A stretch of 64,000 bases of DNA from Verrucomicrobiota bacterium (lineage in GTDB: Bacteria; Verrucomicrobiota; Verrucomicrobiia; Limisphaerales; SIBE01): NCBI GenBank assembly GCA_016209525.1, contig JACQWK010000022.1:160-64159 (forward strand). Direction: 5' to 3'. The stretch's first letter is position 1, and the number at the start of each line of letters is the position of its first letter. Positions 17,701-26,101 of the stretch are shown here, in pieces. The notes beneath the pieces are model-generated. The model did no database searches. It was not told the origin of the DNA and was given only the letters and a program-made list of their open reading frames with translations. Both the position numbers and the translations under genes were made by a program.

Positions 17701-18518
17701 GGTTCGCGGTCAGCGGGATATTCCGCCAATGCCGCGGGCAGATTCCCTTCCGTGTAAGAACGGACAGATTTTTCGAGTTCCGCATTCGTCGTCGCGGTGA
17801 GCGCGATGTCTTCGAGATGCACCACGCCGGGGTAGTATAAGAATGTTTGCGCGAGAGCTTGGAGTTCAAGGTAGGGAACTTTGCGCAGCGACTTATTCTC
17901 CGGGTCAAACTTGCCTGCTTCTTGATTCGTAAGGGTGATGGTGTTGGCTAGCTCCATCTTGTTCGTCAAGAGGACGCGTCCCTGTGCGACTCGAATGAAC
18001 ATTTCGCCGTTGGTCATCACTTGGACAATGACGTCTGTCCCGCGCACGCTGCCCGCAACGTCTTTGGTCTCGAAAGCAGCCGGCTGCTTCGCCCTGCCGC
18101 CGAGAACACGGAAGATGCCCTGCCAAAACCCCAATGACTGCTCCTGATCGGGTATGGTCAGCCGAGAATTCGGGCCCAGGGACACATCGTCCTTAGGTTC
18201 CTGCCCCCTGATCGGGATCATCTTCACTGTTACCGAGCTGGCCGTGAAGGTCTGCACCTGGTCCCGCGGATACAGATAATGGTCTCGGGGCGCAGGATAC
18301 CAGTTCACGCCGGAATTGGTCGAATACTCCACCCGGCGCACAGGGTTGATGATTTGGGCAGCCGCTTGGTCCCCGGCCAAAAGAATTGAGAACGCGGTCT
18401 CGAAAAGGAGCAGGAACAGGCCGAGTCCAATGGCCGACGCTCCGTTCTTCTTGGGAGATTGGCCTCGCGCGGGAAGTTCAAAACGGAGATGCCACTGTTT
18501 TGCCGGCGACAAAGACAT
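14778..18518 (-). CDS. Outer-membrane protein: N-terminal FecR-like domain, central TPR repeats, C-terminal beta-barrel
   Basis: 1246 aa. Signal/anchor IGLGLFLLLFETAFSILLAG. FecR-like segment ...VAGSVRGTDVIVQVMTNGEMFIRVAQGRVLLTN. TPR-like helices (ALARFREAAALDGRLGNAWLGMGLAEL; LEQLELAEQLDPQDPTPHLYSALIKQRENRINEAIEDLERSARLN; YGNYSAHLFLANSYNEL). Last ~550 aa are alternating-hydrophobic strands ending ...RERTLAVTTKVVF (terminal Phe, OMP beta-signal style). ATG 18518 lies 3 nt after the stop of the upstream gene. Confidence 0.7.
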   Translation of the reverse strand: MSLSPAKQWHLRFELPARGQSPKKNGASAIGLGLFLLLFETAFSILLAGDQAAAQIINPVRRVEYSTNSGVNWYPAPRDHYLYPRDQVQTFTASSVTVKMIPIRGQEPKDDVSLGPNSRLTIPDQEQSLGFWQGIFRVLGGRAKQPAAFETKDVAGSVRGTDVIVQVMTNGEMFIRVAQGRVLLTNKMELANTITLTNQEAGKFDPENKSLRKVPYLELQALAQTFLYYPGVVHLEDIALTATTNAELEKSVRSYTEGNLPAALAEYPADREPANNPEKLYFAGLVLVCGQFQKAESLVKNLSVAEAGYPRQRQIVEAIHQVIAAVQGNDWKRAEEPSLATEWLAESYYQQSRAGRAYAPTPWEHKVYRKAMTALDRALIAAKHATPEGSTFGFGWVRRAELEFSFGRIPEAEAALAKARKHGGGNAQAVALRGFLSWARNDYTGALARFREAAALDGRLGNAWLGMGLAELRRENAIEYSRRAGLSWAWGARTNFQGLQHLEATTTVEPERSLLRSYLGKAYYDSGGLWGGVSDLKQEALEQLELAEQLDPQDPTPHLYSALIKQRENRINEAIEDLERSARLNDNRQVYRSSLLLDQDRAVRSANLAAIYRDAGMFDVSAREAARAVNSDYGNYSAHLFLANSYNELRDPRQINLRYETPWLSELLLANLLSPVGAGTLSQNVSQQEYSRLFERDRFGVLSLTEYRSRGDWAQAGSQYGNFGNSGYALDAFYRTENGQRPNSDLSQLTWSAKVKQQISPQDSVFFQSLSYDSEFGDVAQYYNQASASRTQRVTEKQEPNLFAGYHHEWAPGSHTLLLFGRLEDTLTRSDPGSSALFLARDTKGSIVEFAFHPQPADGPFNLSYQSELEAYSAELQQIWHKNRQMFVGGIRYQSGSIEANAHINRSLSDFPVIPARFENQTAEADLNRLSLYTYYQYQILDPLWLEGGLAYDRLDFPQNIDIVPITNRQTNEDQFSPKAGLRWALQKNTHLRAAYTRSLGGVFYDTSVRIEPTQIAGFNQAFRSLIPESLTGLVPGSQFETGGLALDHRSETGTYLGVESQLLRSKARREVGAFESSESSLPFPSGTPENLGYEEKSLRVTLNQLIAKEWSLGARYQVTESELRRSYSAVPRTAALGAATLIESDNTATLHQLELSATYNHLRGFFAQFQTLWNNQSHWGYKPEIEGDDFWQFNLYAGYRFPRRLAEIRLGLLNVSGRDYRLNPLNLYSELPRERTLAVTTKVVF

Positions 18519-18521
18519 AAA

Positions 18522-20132
18522 TCAGGCCGTTCCTCCGCCATTCATTTTGAAGTGCGTGCAAAGTTGGCGCCAAAGAAGGCGAAACCGCCGAGGGCCGGGA
18601 TTTCGTCGGATGCCGCTCCTGAGCATATTGGCGATGCCGAGAACGCTCGCCTCCTTCTGATCGACATGGAAAATCTTCCGTGTGTTTTCGAGTGCTTTGC
18701 TCAGGGACTCGGGCAGCGGGTGACCCGCCGCTTTATGCTTTTGGATGAAATCCCCGACTCCTTCGAGGTAAACCGGAACGACGGCTCTCGCGGCGTCAAT
18801 TTCCTTGCCGATGAAATCATCCGGCCCCCAACTTGTGATCACTTCCGGGGTGACGACCAGAACAAGATTATGGCGCTTGCGCACCTCACGGATTAGAACT
18901 TCTTCCGCCTTGCCCGGGACATTTTCCTGAAGATCGATGAACGCCTCAATCCCCATACGTTTCAATCCATCGGCAATGATCGTGGCGACGTCTTTGCCGT
19001 CCGCACCCCGAAAGGAGATGAAGACGTCATTCACTGGAATGAAGGAGATTGCAAATCCGGCGAGCATTTGGGGCACCGCAACGATCAGCCAAAGAGGGAG
19101 GAATTTCGCATACGTGAACAAAAGGAAAGAGAGAAAGCCGGCGGCCAACGCGAAACTCACGGCGTTGACAAAGGCTGTCCGTGGTGGCCACCGCGTAAAG
19201 CAAAATCCGCAACTGACGCCCACGACTGCCACGATCAAATACTCTTGAGAGACTGCAAGCTCTTTAATCCAATCCCGATTTACGAGATTCGAGTATGCGG
19301 TCGCGTGAATCTCGATTCCGCTCGACGTGGCGGGACCAAAACACGTGAATGGAGTCTCATGCCGGTCCGGCGCGTCCTGTCGATCTGTGGTGACCGGCCC
19401 CTGCCCGATGAACACAACTTTGCCTTTCAAAGCGGCGCGCAGATCGTTTGTTCCGGCCAGGATCGATCGGGCTTCCAACTTCGCCAGAGTGCCAGGAGGG
19501 CCGTAATAGTTGATCCAGTGCGAATACCGATAAGATTCCTTTAAGAGTTGGGCAATCGCGACAACCAAGGGGGCGTGCGGGTACCCGGCGTCGGACGAAT
19601 GGCGGCGAATGACTCCGCTTAATTGCTGCAAATTAGACACGCCAATCTTGGTCCGATTGGTCAACCATTCGACTTCGACTAGTTTCTGAATCTCCTCTGA
19701 GGGCCCAAGTTCCGTCTTTTCTCCCGCTCTTTTCCCTTTCTGTCCCTCGGTGGCAAAGACCAACTTCATATCGGCCCTTTGGGTCGCATTGCTTACGGCT
19801 CTGGTGAACTCCGACACTACTTCCGGGTGCTCCCAGCGCTCAGAAATGAGGACAATGTCGAGGACCGCCGCCTTGGCGCCCTGTTCCGCCAGCTCGTCCA
19901 GGAGCTTGATAATATTCGTGTGGTTCTTGTCGGAATCCTCAATGAAGACAACAGTGACGTTTTGATTTGGCATCACTGCGGTGTTCGCGAAAGAATGTCG
20001 CGCGGCGAACAGGTAGTCCATGGTCCTATCCAGAGGAGAGAAGGCGAGGAACAGAAGCCCAGTTAGCGACACCACAACAGCGCTGCAAATCTCTCGCTTG
20101 TAGGCACAGGGGACTGACGCTCGCTGTTTCAT
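18522..20132 (-). CDS. CHASE2 extracytoplasmic sensor - 3 TM helices - cytoplasmic TIR domain protein
   Basis: ATG at 20132 (the ORF track uses TTG at 20183). MKQRASVPCAYKRE + TM (ICSAVVVSLTGLLFLAF). ~300-aa periplasmic region with CHASE2-like features (VTVVFIEDSD...LLDELAEQGAKAAVLDIVLISE...KLVFAT...VVFIGQG...GIEIHATAYSNLV). Three TM helices (YLIVAVVGVSCGFCF / AFVNAVSFALAAGFLSFLLF / LWLIVAVPQMLAGFAISFI). Then NDVFISFRGADGKDVATIIADGLKRMGIEAFIDLQENVPGKAEEVLIREVRKRHNLVLVVTPEVITSWGPDDFIGKEIDAA, a TIR signature (DVFISFRG..., ...S.W...E). Confidence 0.7.
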   Translation of the reverse strand: MKQRASVPCAYKREICSAVVVSLTGLLFLAFSPLDRTMDYLFAARHSFANTAVMPNQNVTVVFIEDSDKNHTNIIKLLDELAEQGAKAAVLDIVLISERWEHPEVVSEFTRAVSNATQRADMKLVFATEGQKGKRAGEKTELGPSEEIQKLVEVEWLTNRTKIGVSNLQQLSGVIRRHSSDAGYPHAPLVVAIAQLLKESYRYSHWINYYGPPGTLAKLEARSILAGTNDLRAALKGKVVFIGQGPVTTDRQDAPDRHETPFTCFGPATSSGIEIHATAYSNLVNRDWIKELAVSQEYLIVAVVGVSCGFCFTRWPPRTAFVNAVSFALAAGFLSFLLFTYAKFLPLWLIVAVPQMLAGFAISFIPVNDVFISFRGADGKDVATIIADGLKRMGIEAFIDLQENVPGKAEEVLIREVRKRHNLVLVVTPEVITSWGPDDFIGKEIDAARAVVPVYLEGVGDFIQKHKAAGHPLPESLSKALENTRKIFHVDQKEASVLGIANMLRSGIRRNPGPRRFRLLWRQLCTHFKMNGGGTA

Positions 20133-20279
20133 TCCTTGCCCTCGACGGAGGCTATTCTGCAAGGCAGATACCTGCAAGAACAAGTTACAGTGATTTGAGG
20201 TGCCGGTCTTTTCTCCCTTGCACGTCGAATGCCGGGAGTGCTCGACCGCTAGCTGAAGCTGGCCATCGGGGCGACTGCC

Positions 20280-20693
20280 CTAGTCCGGCGTAACTGTGCG
20301 GCGGAGCCGCTTTTTCTCACCGTGTCGCGCTTTGTCCGCGAGCATGCGCTCCGTCGCGCGACGAGAGCGTTTCCGTCGCTGCCGGCGCATTTTTTCGAGG
20401 GCCGAGCGTTCGGCCGACGCGCGGCTTTTTCGCATTTCGTCGATCTTGTCGAGCAAGAGCTGGCGCGCCAGGAACCGGTTCATGGCCTGATGCCGCGTCG
20501 TCTGGCATTTCACGCGCAAGCCCGTGGGGCGATGCAGGAGCAGGACGCAAGAAGAAATCTTGTTCACGTTCTGGCCGCCCGGGCCACCCGAACGGATGAA
20601 CGTCTCCTCCAAATCGCTCTCGCGCACGCCGAACGCCGCCATCCGTTCTTCGAGGCGCGCCAGTTTGTCCGGTGATATGGGATTTGAACTCAT
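20280..20693 (-). CDS. arfB: ArfB/ICT1-family GGQ peptidyl-tRNA hydrolase (alternative ribosome-rescue factor-like)
   Basis: ATG at 20693 gives 137 aa. RSGGPGGQNVNKISSCVLLLHRPTGLRVKCQ (GGQ motif) followed by a long basic tail (RRQRRKRSRRATERMLADKARHGEKKRLRR), matching the ArfB/YaeJ architecture. The ORF track starts at GTG 20729. Confidence 0.65.
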   Translation of the reverse strand: MSSNPISPDKLARLEERMAAFGVRESDLEETFIRSGGPGGQNVNKISSCVLLLHRPTGLRVKCQTTRHQAMNRFLARQLLLDKIDEMRKSRASAERSALEKMRRQRRKRSRRATERMLADKARHGEKKRLRRTVTPD

Positions 20694-20734
20694 GCTTCTA
20701 TTTCTGGAGGCCGAGGTGACAAGGCTCACCTGGA

Positions 20735-20765
20735 ATTTGAGATTTCAGATTTGAGATTTGAGATC
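20735..20765. repeat. AGATTTSAGATTT low-complexity dispersed element (copy 1)
   Basis: ATTTGAGATTTCAGATTTGAGATTTGAGATC. A closely related copy AGATTTGAAATTTCAGATTTGAGATC is at 62535-62560. A degenerate copy lies inside the U32 gene at 43731-43776. Confidence 0.7.
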
Positions 20766-20813
20766 TTTGGGTCAGAGCCTCCTCACGTTGGCTGCTACGG
20801 TTTTAGGCAGGCA

Positions 20814-22208
20814 TTAGGGATGTCCTTGTAGCAATTGCCGAATCGCGGTCAGGAGGACGCCTTCGACCACCGGCGCCACGTTCGAGGCGGAGGGACCTGT
20901 TTCATACCCGCCTTGCTCGTAGGCGATGGCTGTGCCGATATAGGCGGGCGCGTAGTCCCCGTAGGCAGCCATGGCGACGAATAAATCAGGGCGTTCCGCC
21001 TTCGCGGCCAGTTGATACTCGACGAACAACTCGCCCGGCAAGTGGAGGATGCGCGCCCGGCCCAGTCCCAGACAGGCCACATCGATCCGGTGGCCGGCCT
21101 GACAGCGACGCAGCCAGGCGAGTTTCGAAGCGCCACCTTGTGTGAGAAAAACTCCGTCGCGGCCCTTCAGTTGGGCTTCCAGTTTATCGATCAGGAGATG
21201 TTTCGCGGGCGGGAGCGGTACAGCCTCGACCGTCCAATTCACCACAGAGGCGGTGATCTCGTGGCGCTGGGAATTCTCCCACGCGCGGCGCATGCCGTCG
21301 GCGAGGCGTTCGGCGAGCACGACGCGGTTTTCCGGCGAGCCGTCGTTGTACTTGCCGGCGCCAAGGTTTCCGCCCGCGCCGTTGAAATGGACGTGCAAAG
21401 CCGACGGGACGGCCAACTGCCGGAAGAAACGGGCGAGACCGGGAAAATCCGGATTGGGAATCCCCGTGCGATAGTAGCTTTGCGGGTGGGTCGCGTAATA
21501 ACTCAACACGGCCACGGGCCGTTCGGCATTCCAGAAACTCACCAGTGAGACTATCGGATCAATCGTCCCTTCGGGTTCGGCGCGAATTTTTGGGTCCGGC
21601 ATCGCCGTCCACCGCACGGCGCGGACTTTGCCGTCCGGGCCAAGGATCCGCCGATTCGAAGCGACCTTCTCGACCCGCGCTTCACCAAGGCCGATATGGG
21701 TCACTGGTTGCGCGCGCGACAATGACTCACGGGCGGCTGATTGCAGATTGGAGAGGACTTGGCGCTGGAAATGGCTGTCGAATTGGCGCGGGTCAAGCCC
21801 GGCGTCCTTCAGGATGCGCTCAGCGGAGAAATCGCAGTCGGGAGCGTCGTGCTGATGGATGCAATGAACCGCCACTCGGCGCGGGGAGGTTCCGGTCGCG
21901 CGGGCCAGCGTCCTGCGGAACTCGTCGTGTCCCTCGTTGGCAATTCCAATCCAGTCCACGGCGCAGAGGACGATCGGCTCCGCCGCGCCCAGCAACACGA
22001 TCCCCCGCGCGCGCAACCCCAGGTCCCAGCGGTTCGTCACGGGATCGTAAGCCATCATGGAGCCGATGGGAGGAGTGGCATCGATATCGAAGGTGGCGAT
22101 GCGCAAAGCTCCGGCTTGAGCTTGAAGTGGATTGGTCGCATCCGCGGCGCTGAGCTTGGAGTTGGCCGTGAAGAGAACACAGAGGGCGATCAGAAGACTC
22201 GTGAACAT
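20814..22208 (-). CDS. Hypothetical secreted protein (weak resemblance to the neutral/alkaline ceramidase-like fold)
   Basis: 464 aa. Signal peptide [24 protein letters not shown]. ...[21 protein letters not shown]...[25 protein letters not shown]...[10 protein letters not shown]...YATHPQSYY... Coding-like composition throughout. Functional call is tentative. Confidence 0.6.
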   Translation of the reverse strand: MFTSLLIALCVLFTANSKLSAADATNPLQAQAGALRIATFDIDATPPIGSMMAYDPVTNRWDLGLRARGIVLLGAAEPIVLCAVDWIGIANEGHDEFRRTLARATGTSPRRVAVHCIHQHDAPDCDFSAERILKDAGLDPRQFDSHFQRQVLSNLQSAARESLSRAQPVTHIGLGEARVEKVASNRRILGPDGKVRAVRWTAMPDPKIRAEPEGTIDPIVSLVSFWNAERPVAVLSYYATHPQSYYRTGIPNPDFPGLARFFRQLAVPSALHVHFNGAGGNLGAGKYNDGSPENRVVLAERLADGMRRAWENSQRHEITASVVNWTVEAVPLPPAKHLLIDKLEAQLKGRDGVFLTQGGASKLAWLRRCQAGHRIDVACLGLGRARILHLPGELFVEYQLAAKAERPDLFVAMAAYGDYAPAYIGTAIAYEQGGYETGPSASNVAPVVEGVLLTAIRQLLQGHP

Positions 22209-22301
22209 GGGAGAGAAGATAACGCGGTAACGTCACAAAAGGCCAGCCTTCAAGAAGACCTCGCGCGGGAGCGGGCGCATCTTAACACCGCCACCGTTGT
22301 T

Positions 22302-22338
22302 TTCTCCCTCTCCTCCACTTCATGGAGGAGAGGGAGAA
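22302..22338. repeat. Perfect 16-bp-stem hairpin element (TTCTCCCTCTCCTCCA / TGGAGGAGAGGGAGAA)
   Basis: TTCTCCCTCTCCTCCA-CTTCA-TGGAGGAGAGGGAGAA read directly. No flanking T-run on either strand. Same architecture as the hairpin at 47109-47149. Confidence 0.8.
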
Positions 22339-22530
22339 CACCCTTCGTCGCGGAACTCTTGCATGGACATATAGGTGGCGCTTCGACCCAAATCCGAATG
22401 GCACCCGTATGGAATTTTGACCTGCTTCGGCTGGGATTTGTTTCGGATTTCGCGATTCGGATTTCGGGTTTGGAGAATTCTCGCAGGCTGGCGGAATCTT
22501 CCTCGGCTGCCCTGCTTTTGACCCACCCTT

Positions 22531-23457
22531 TTACTTGGCCAGCGCCAAACCAACGGCGCCGGCGACGGCCATTGCTCCGCCTGTCAGCGAGCGAACGCCG
22601 GGTCGTTCGCCTTCCATAATTCGCGCAAATGGGATGACGACGAGCGGAGCGATGGCGACTATCGGCAGGACAATGCCCGTGGGCGTCGTGAGCAAGGCCC
22701 ATTGATAACAGCCCACGCCCAAGGTCGGCCCGCAGAGGGCATTGAGGAGAATCCATCGCCAGGTCATCCCCCATTTGCCGCGGATGCGAATGGACGCGGG
22801 ATTATGCTCGCGGGTCACGCCGTCGTTCCTCATTCGGGCGAATTGCTTCACCGCCAAGAGCAACACGGCGGCCACAACCCAGCCCGCCAAAATCCTTTGA
22901 TAGGCAGCGCTGAGGCCGTCGATGCTTTCTCCGGCGGACTGGGCGACATGGTACGCCTTCCGGCTCAGCACAGCGCCAAAGCCTTGCCCAAACGCCGCCA
23001 GCACTCCATAGAGAATGCCGACCGAGAGGACACGCGGAGGAATGGCAAGGTGTTCGCCGGGCGCCAGAGCCACACCCACTCCCGCGAGGATGATCGAGCT
23101 CCACACCATCTGAGCCACGGTCAAGGTCGTCCCCAACCACCACCACTCGGTCAGCGCGGCAAAGGGAGCCGCCAGGCAATGGACCAGCATCACGCAGAGG
23201 CGCGATCCAAGCCGTGGCAGCGCTTGGTAGAGCGCCACGTCACCGACCCCAAAGCCGACGGAGCCGCTGAGAAGAAACACCGGGAATGCTTCCCCCGTAA
23301 CGCCGGCTCCGAAACCGTGAGCCCAGATCGCGAGAAACAGTGTGGCCAGAGAGATCCGCCAAAAGTTCGCTTCCACCCCGCCGAGCAGTTTGGCAAGGCG
23401 ATTCGCGCTGACCACCGAGATCGAAAACAGGATTGTCGTCAGGAACGCCGGCAACAT
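22531..23457 (-). CDS. DMT-superfamily (EamA-like) transporter
   Basis: 308 aa, about ten hydrophobic helices in two similar halves (MLPAFLTTILFSISVVSANRLAK...; ...ILAGWVVAAVLLLAV...GIVLPIVAIAPLVVIPFA...). Confidence 0.7.
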   Translation of the reverse strand: MLPAFLTTILFSISVVSANRLAKLLGGVEANFWRISLATLFLAIWAHGFGAGVTGEAFPVFLLSGSVGFGVGDVALYQALPRLGSRLCVMLVHCLAAPFAALTEWWWLGTTLTVAQMVWSSIILAGVGVALAPGEHLAIPPRVLSVGILYGVLAAFGQGFGAVLSRKAYHVAQSAGESIDGLSAAYQRILAGWVVAAVLLLAVKQFARMRNDGVTREHNPASIRIRGKWGMTWRWILLNALCGPTLGVGCYQWALLTTPTGIVLPIVAIAPLVVIPFARIMEGERPGVRSLTGGAMAVAGAVGLALAK

Positions 23458-23738
23458 CGCGGCGTTAGTGTGTCCGCGGCGGACCGCTTGTCACGCTCGG
23501 AATGGTGAATCTCCAGGCTCAGACTTCCCGATCCCTCGCCTTGGTGCGCGGATCCGTGTGGAAATGGGCTGAACTAATCTGAGCCCCGGAGAGCCTGAGC
23601 CAGCTAGGCCAACGCTTGGCTGCATGGAATCGGAATGGCGGCCAGGCTCATCTCGCTTCCTTGGGTCAGCCGCTCTGATCCTGATTCGTGGAGACACCTG
23701 TTGCAGCGAAACGGCGTTTGGACCCAATCGCGGCAAAG

Positions 23739-25250
23739 TCAGGCGCTGTGAGTTTCCCGCCAGTGCCAGGCAATCGCATCGTGCCTTCCAGGGTTTGGCT
23801 CCATCTTAGCCTTCAGCGGCACTTCTGGGTTCTTGAAGTCAATCTCCGCGAGCGCGAGGAACTTGTGGAAAACATCCGTGTTCTGGATGAAGCCGCGGAA
23901 CCGTTCGGCTCCGGGGCCGATCGCGACTATGTTCACATAATCCGCGGTATGCGCGTTGCCGGTCCAGCCGATGCCCCAGTGGTTGGCGAGCAATTGGCCC
24001 AACTGAGCCGAGGCCGAATTCATGAGATCGTAGAGCGTCTCGCCCTTCTTGGCCAGGAAGGGAACCAGCAGAGCCGCCTTGGACTCCGACAGGGAATAGC
24101 CCGTGGCTTCCCGGATGACCTCCTGAATCACGGTGATCTCGGGTGCCGTGCCCAGTTTCTTGAGAATCGCGTCGAATGATGCCTTGGCGCTTTTCAGGTT
24201 GGCGAAGAGCGGAGAGCTGTCGGCGTAGTTTTTGCCCATGCCGTTCAGCCCAAGATTTCCATTTCCGTGGTCGGTGGTGATGACCACTAGAGTCTCCGGA
24301 GAGCGCTTCTGGAATTCCAAGCACACTTCGATGGCCTCGTCGAAAGCGAGTTGGTCGTACAAAGCGGCCGGCGCATCGCAGGCGTGGCAGCCGTGGTCCA
24401 CGCGTCCGCCTTCGACTTGGAGAATGAAGTGGTTCTCCTTTTCCAATCGGGCGAGGGCGGCGCGGGTCATTTCCGGGAGCGTGGGAACTTTGGCCATCAG
24501 CTCCGCGTCGTGGACGTGGTCCACCGTGAACGGCAGATGGCTCTCGTGGAAAGTGCCGAGCCAGCGTTGATCCGGCGGAGCCTTCTTCAAATCGTCCGCC
24601 GCCATCATGACGCAATATCCTGCCGCGCGGTATTCCTGCCAAAGGTCGGCCTTGTCCTTCCGTTTTTGAGGGTCGTAAAACTTTTGCCCGCCCCCCAGCA
24701 GGACATCCACGCGGCGTTCCAGATATTGCCGGGCTATGTTTTCGGCGGAGCCGCGGCTATCATCGTTGGCGGCGAAGCCGGCCGGCGTGGCGTGGGTGAT
24801 CTCTGTCGTGGTGACCAATCCGCGCTTCCATCCGGCCTCAGCCAGGATGGAGTAAAGCGGTTTAAGCGCCCGGCCGTCCGGAAGGACATTGACTGCGCCG
24901 TTGGCGATGCGGGAGCCGCTGCCCCAACTGGAGGAAGCCGCCGAGGAATCCGTCACCATGGAGTCGAGAGAACGCATGTTCATCAAACCGACGTGCGCCC
25001 TCGGATGCTTGAAAAGCTCCATCCAGACCGTGCCGCGTCCGCGCGTGAGTTGAGAAAGATGATCCGCGCAAGTCAGGGTGCCGGCGCTCATGCCATCGCT
25101 GATGAGCATGATGATGTGACGCGGACTCTGTCCTGGTTGGGCGAGTGGATCGCCGGATCGGATCAGATGCGGCGCCGCCAGAGGCGTGGCCGCCCACCAA
25201 CCGGAACGCCGGAGAAAGCCTCGGCGCGAGAATGACTGAGCTTTAGACAT
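23739..25250 (-). CDS. Alkaline phosphatase (PhoA family) with Tat signal
   Basis: 503 aa. SRRGFLRRSGWWAATPLAAP; MLISDGMSAGT; active-site-like VTDSAASSSWGSG; TTDHGNGN; HTADYV. Confidence 0.85.
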   Translation of the reverse strand: MSKAQSFSRRGFLRRSGWWAATPLAAPHLIRSGDPLAQPGQSPRHIIMLISDGMSAGTLTCADHLSQLTRGRGTVWMELFKHPRAHVGLMNMRSLDSMVTDSSAASSSWGSGSRIANGAVNVLPDGRALKPLYSILAEAGWKRGLVTTTEITHATPAGFAANDDSRGSAENIARQYLERRVDVLLGGGQKFYDPQKRKDKADLWQEYRAAGYCVMMAADDLKKAPPDQRWLGTFHESHLPFTVDHVHDAELMAKVPTLPEMTRAALARLEKENHFILQVEGGRVDHGCHACDAPAALYDQLAFDEAIEVCLEFQKRSPETLVVITTDHGNGNLGLNGMGKNYADSSPLFANLKSAKASFDAILKKLGTAPEITVIQEVIREATGYSLSESKAALLVPFLAKKGETLYDLMNSASAQLGQLLANHWGIGWTGNAHTADYVNIVAIGPGAERFRGFIQNTDVFHKFLALAEIDFKNPEVPLKAKMEPNPGRHDAIAWHWRETHSA

Positions 25251-25335
25251 GGCCAGAAGCTAGGGAACACTTCGGGAGGCGCGCAAGGTTTTTTGCGAAA
25301 GCGTCGTGAGGCTTTGGTCTGGGCCGTCAAACCGC

Positions 25336-26019
25336 CTAACGCTTTTGCTCATACTTGCGAACAAGTTCCTCGACGGGTCTTCCGAGATAGTAGCCCAGAA
25401 GCACTTGGCCCATGCGGAGGTAGGTGCGCAGCACTCCGCGTTTGGCAAAACGCCTCACGGAAGTGCTGACCGTGGCGCGCGCCAGTTTGAGCCGGCCTTC
25501 GCGTCTTAACCGCCGGCACAGCTCAAATTCTTCCATGAGCGGCATGTCAGGAACGCCGCCGATGCGCTCCAGGACGGTTCTCCGCACGAAGAGTCCTTGA
25601 TCGCCCAAGATTGGGCCGCCCAAGTGAAAGAAAAGAGCGCTCCGAAACCTCGCGCCAATCTTGAGCAGGTGCCGTTCCCGGAAGGTCTTCCGGAACCCGC
25701 CACCGACAACCATCGGATCCTGCAAGCACTCGCCGATGGCGTGGCCGGCGTCAGGGGGCAGCCAAGTGTCCGCGTGCAACAGGAGAACAATGTCGCGGCT
25801 TGCGTGGCTGGCTCCGAGGCGCATCTGGCCGCCACGCCCAGGGTTTGCCGTGAAGACCTGGCAACCCAACTCTTCGGCAAGACCCGCTGTTCCGTCGGTG
25901 CTGCCGCCGTCAACGACGATCACCTCGAAGACCTCTGGAACTTGGCGAGCGTACCGAACGGTTTCCGGGAGTTCGGTGGCTTCGTTGAATGTGGGGATGA
26001 CGACCGACAACGAACACAT
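25336..26019 (-). CDS. Family 2 glycosyltransferase
   Basis: 227 aa. LSVVIPTFNEATELPETV...VIVVDGGSTDGT...LLLHADTWLP is the GT2 (GT-A fold) pattern. Confidence 0.8.
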   Translation of the reverse strand: MCSLSVVIPTFNEATELPETVRYARQVPEVFEVIVVDGGSTDGTAGLAEELGCQVFTANPGRGGQMRLGASHASRDIVLLLHADTWLPPDAGHAIGECLQDPMVVGGGFRKTFRERHLLKIGARFRSALFFHLGGPILGDQGLFVRRTVLERIGGVPDMPLMEEFELCRRLRREGRLKLARATVSTSVRRFAKRGVLRTYLRMGQVLLGYYLGRPVEELVRKYEQKR

Positions 26020-26101
26020 CAGAAATGAAACAGCCGCAGGCGTCAGTCAGACTCGACCGCCTGCGGCGCCGCTGAAACTTGGTTGTGGAACGAAAGCGGA
26101 T

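Noticed and set aside
14778-18518. This outer-membrane protein as the missing TpsB partner of the giant TpsA
   Set aside because: I see no POTRA-like repeats or ShlB-type motifs. It lies 13 kb away with nine unrelated genes in between and is operonic with the CHASE2-TIR gene. Cannot be supported from sequence.
18522-20132. Canonical Thoeris system (ThsB TIR + ThsA)
   Set aside because: No SIR2-, SLOG- or Macro-type effector ORF is adjacent. The TIR is fused to a CHASE2 membrane sensor, so the locus does not fit the described Thoeris architecture.
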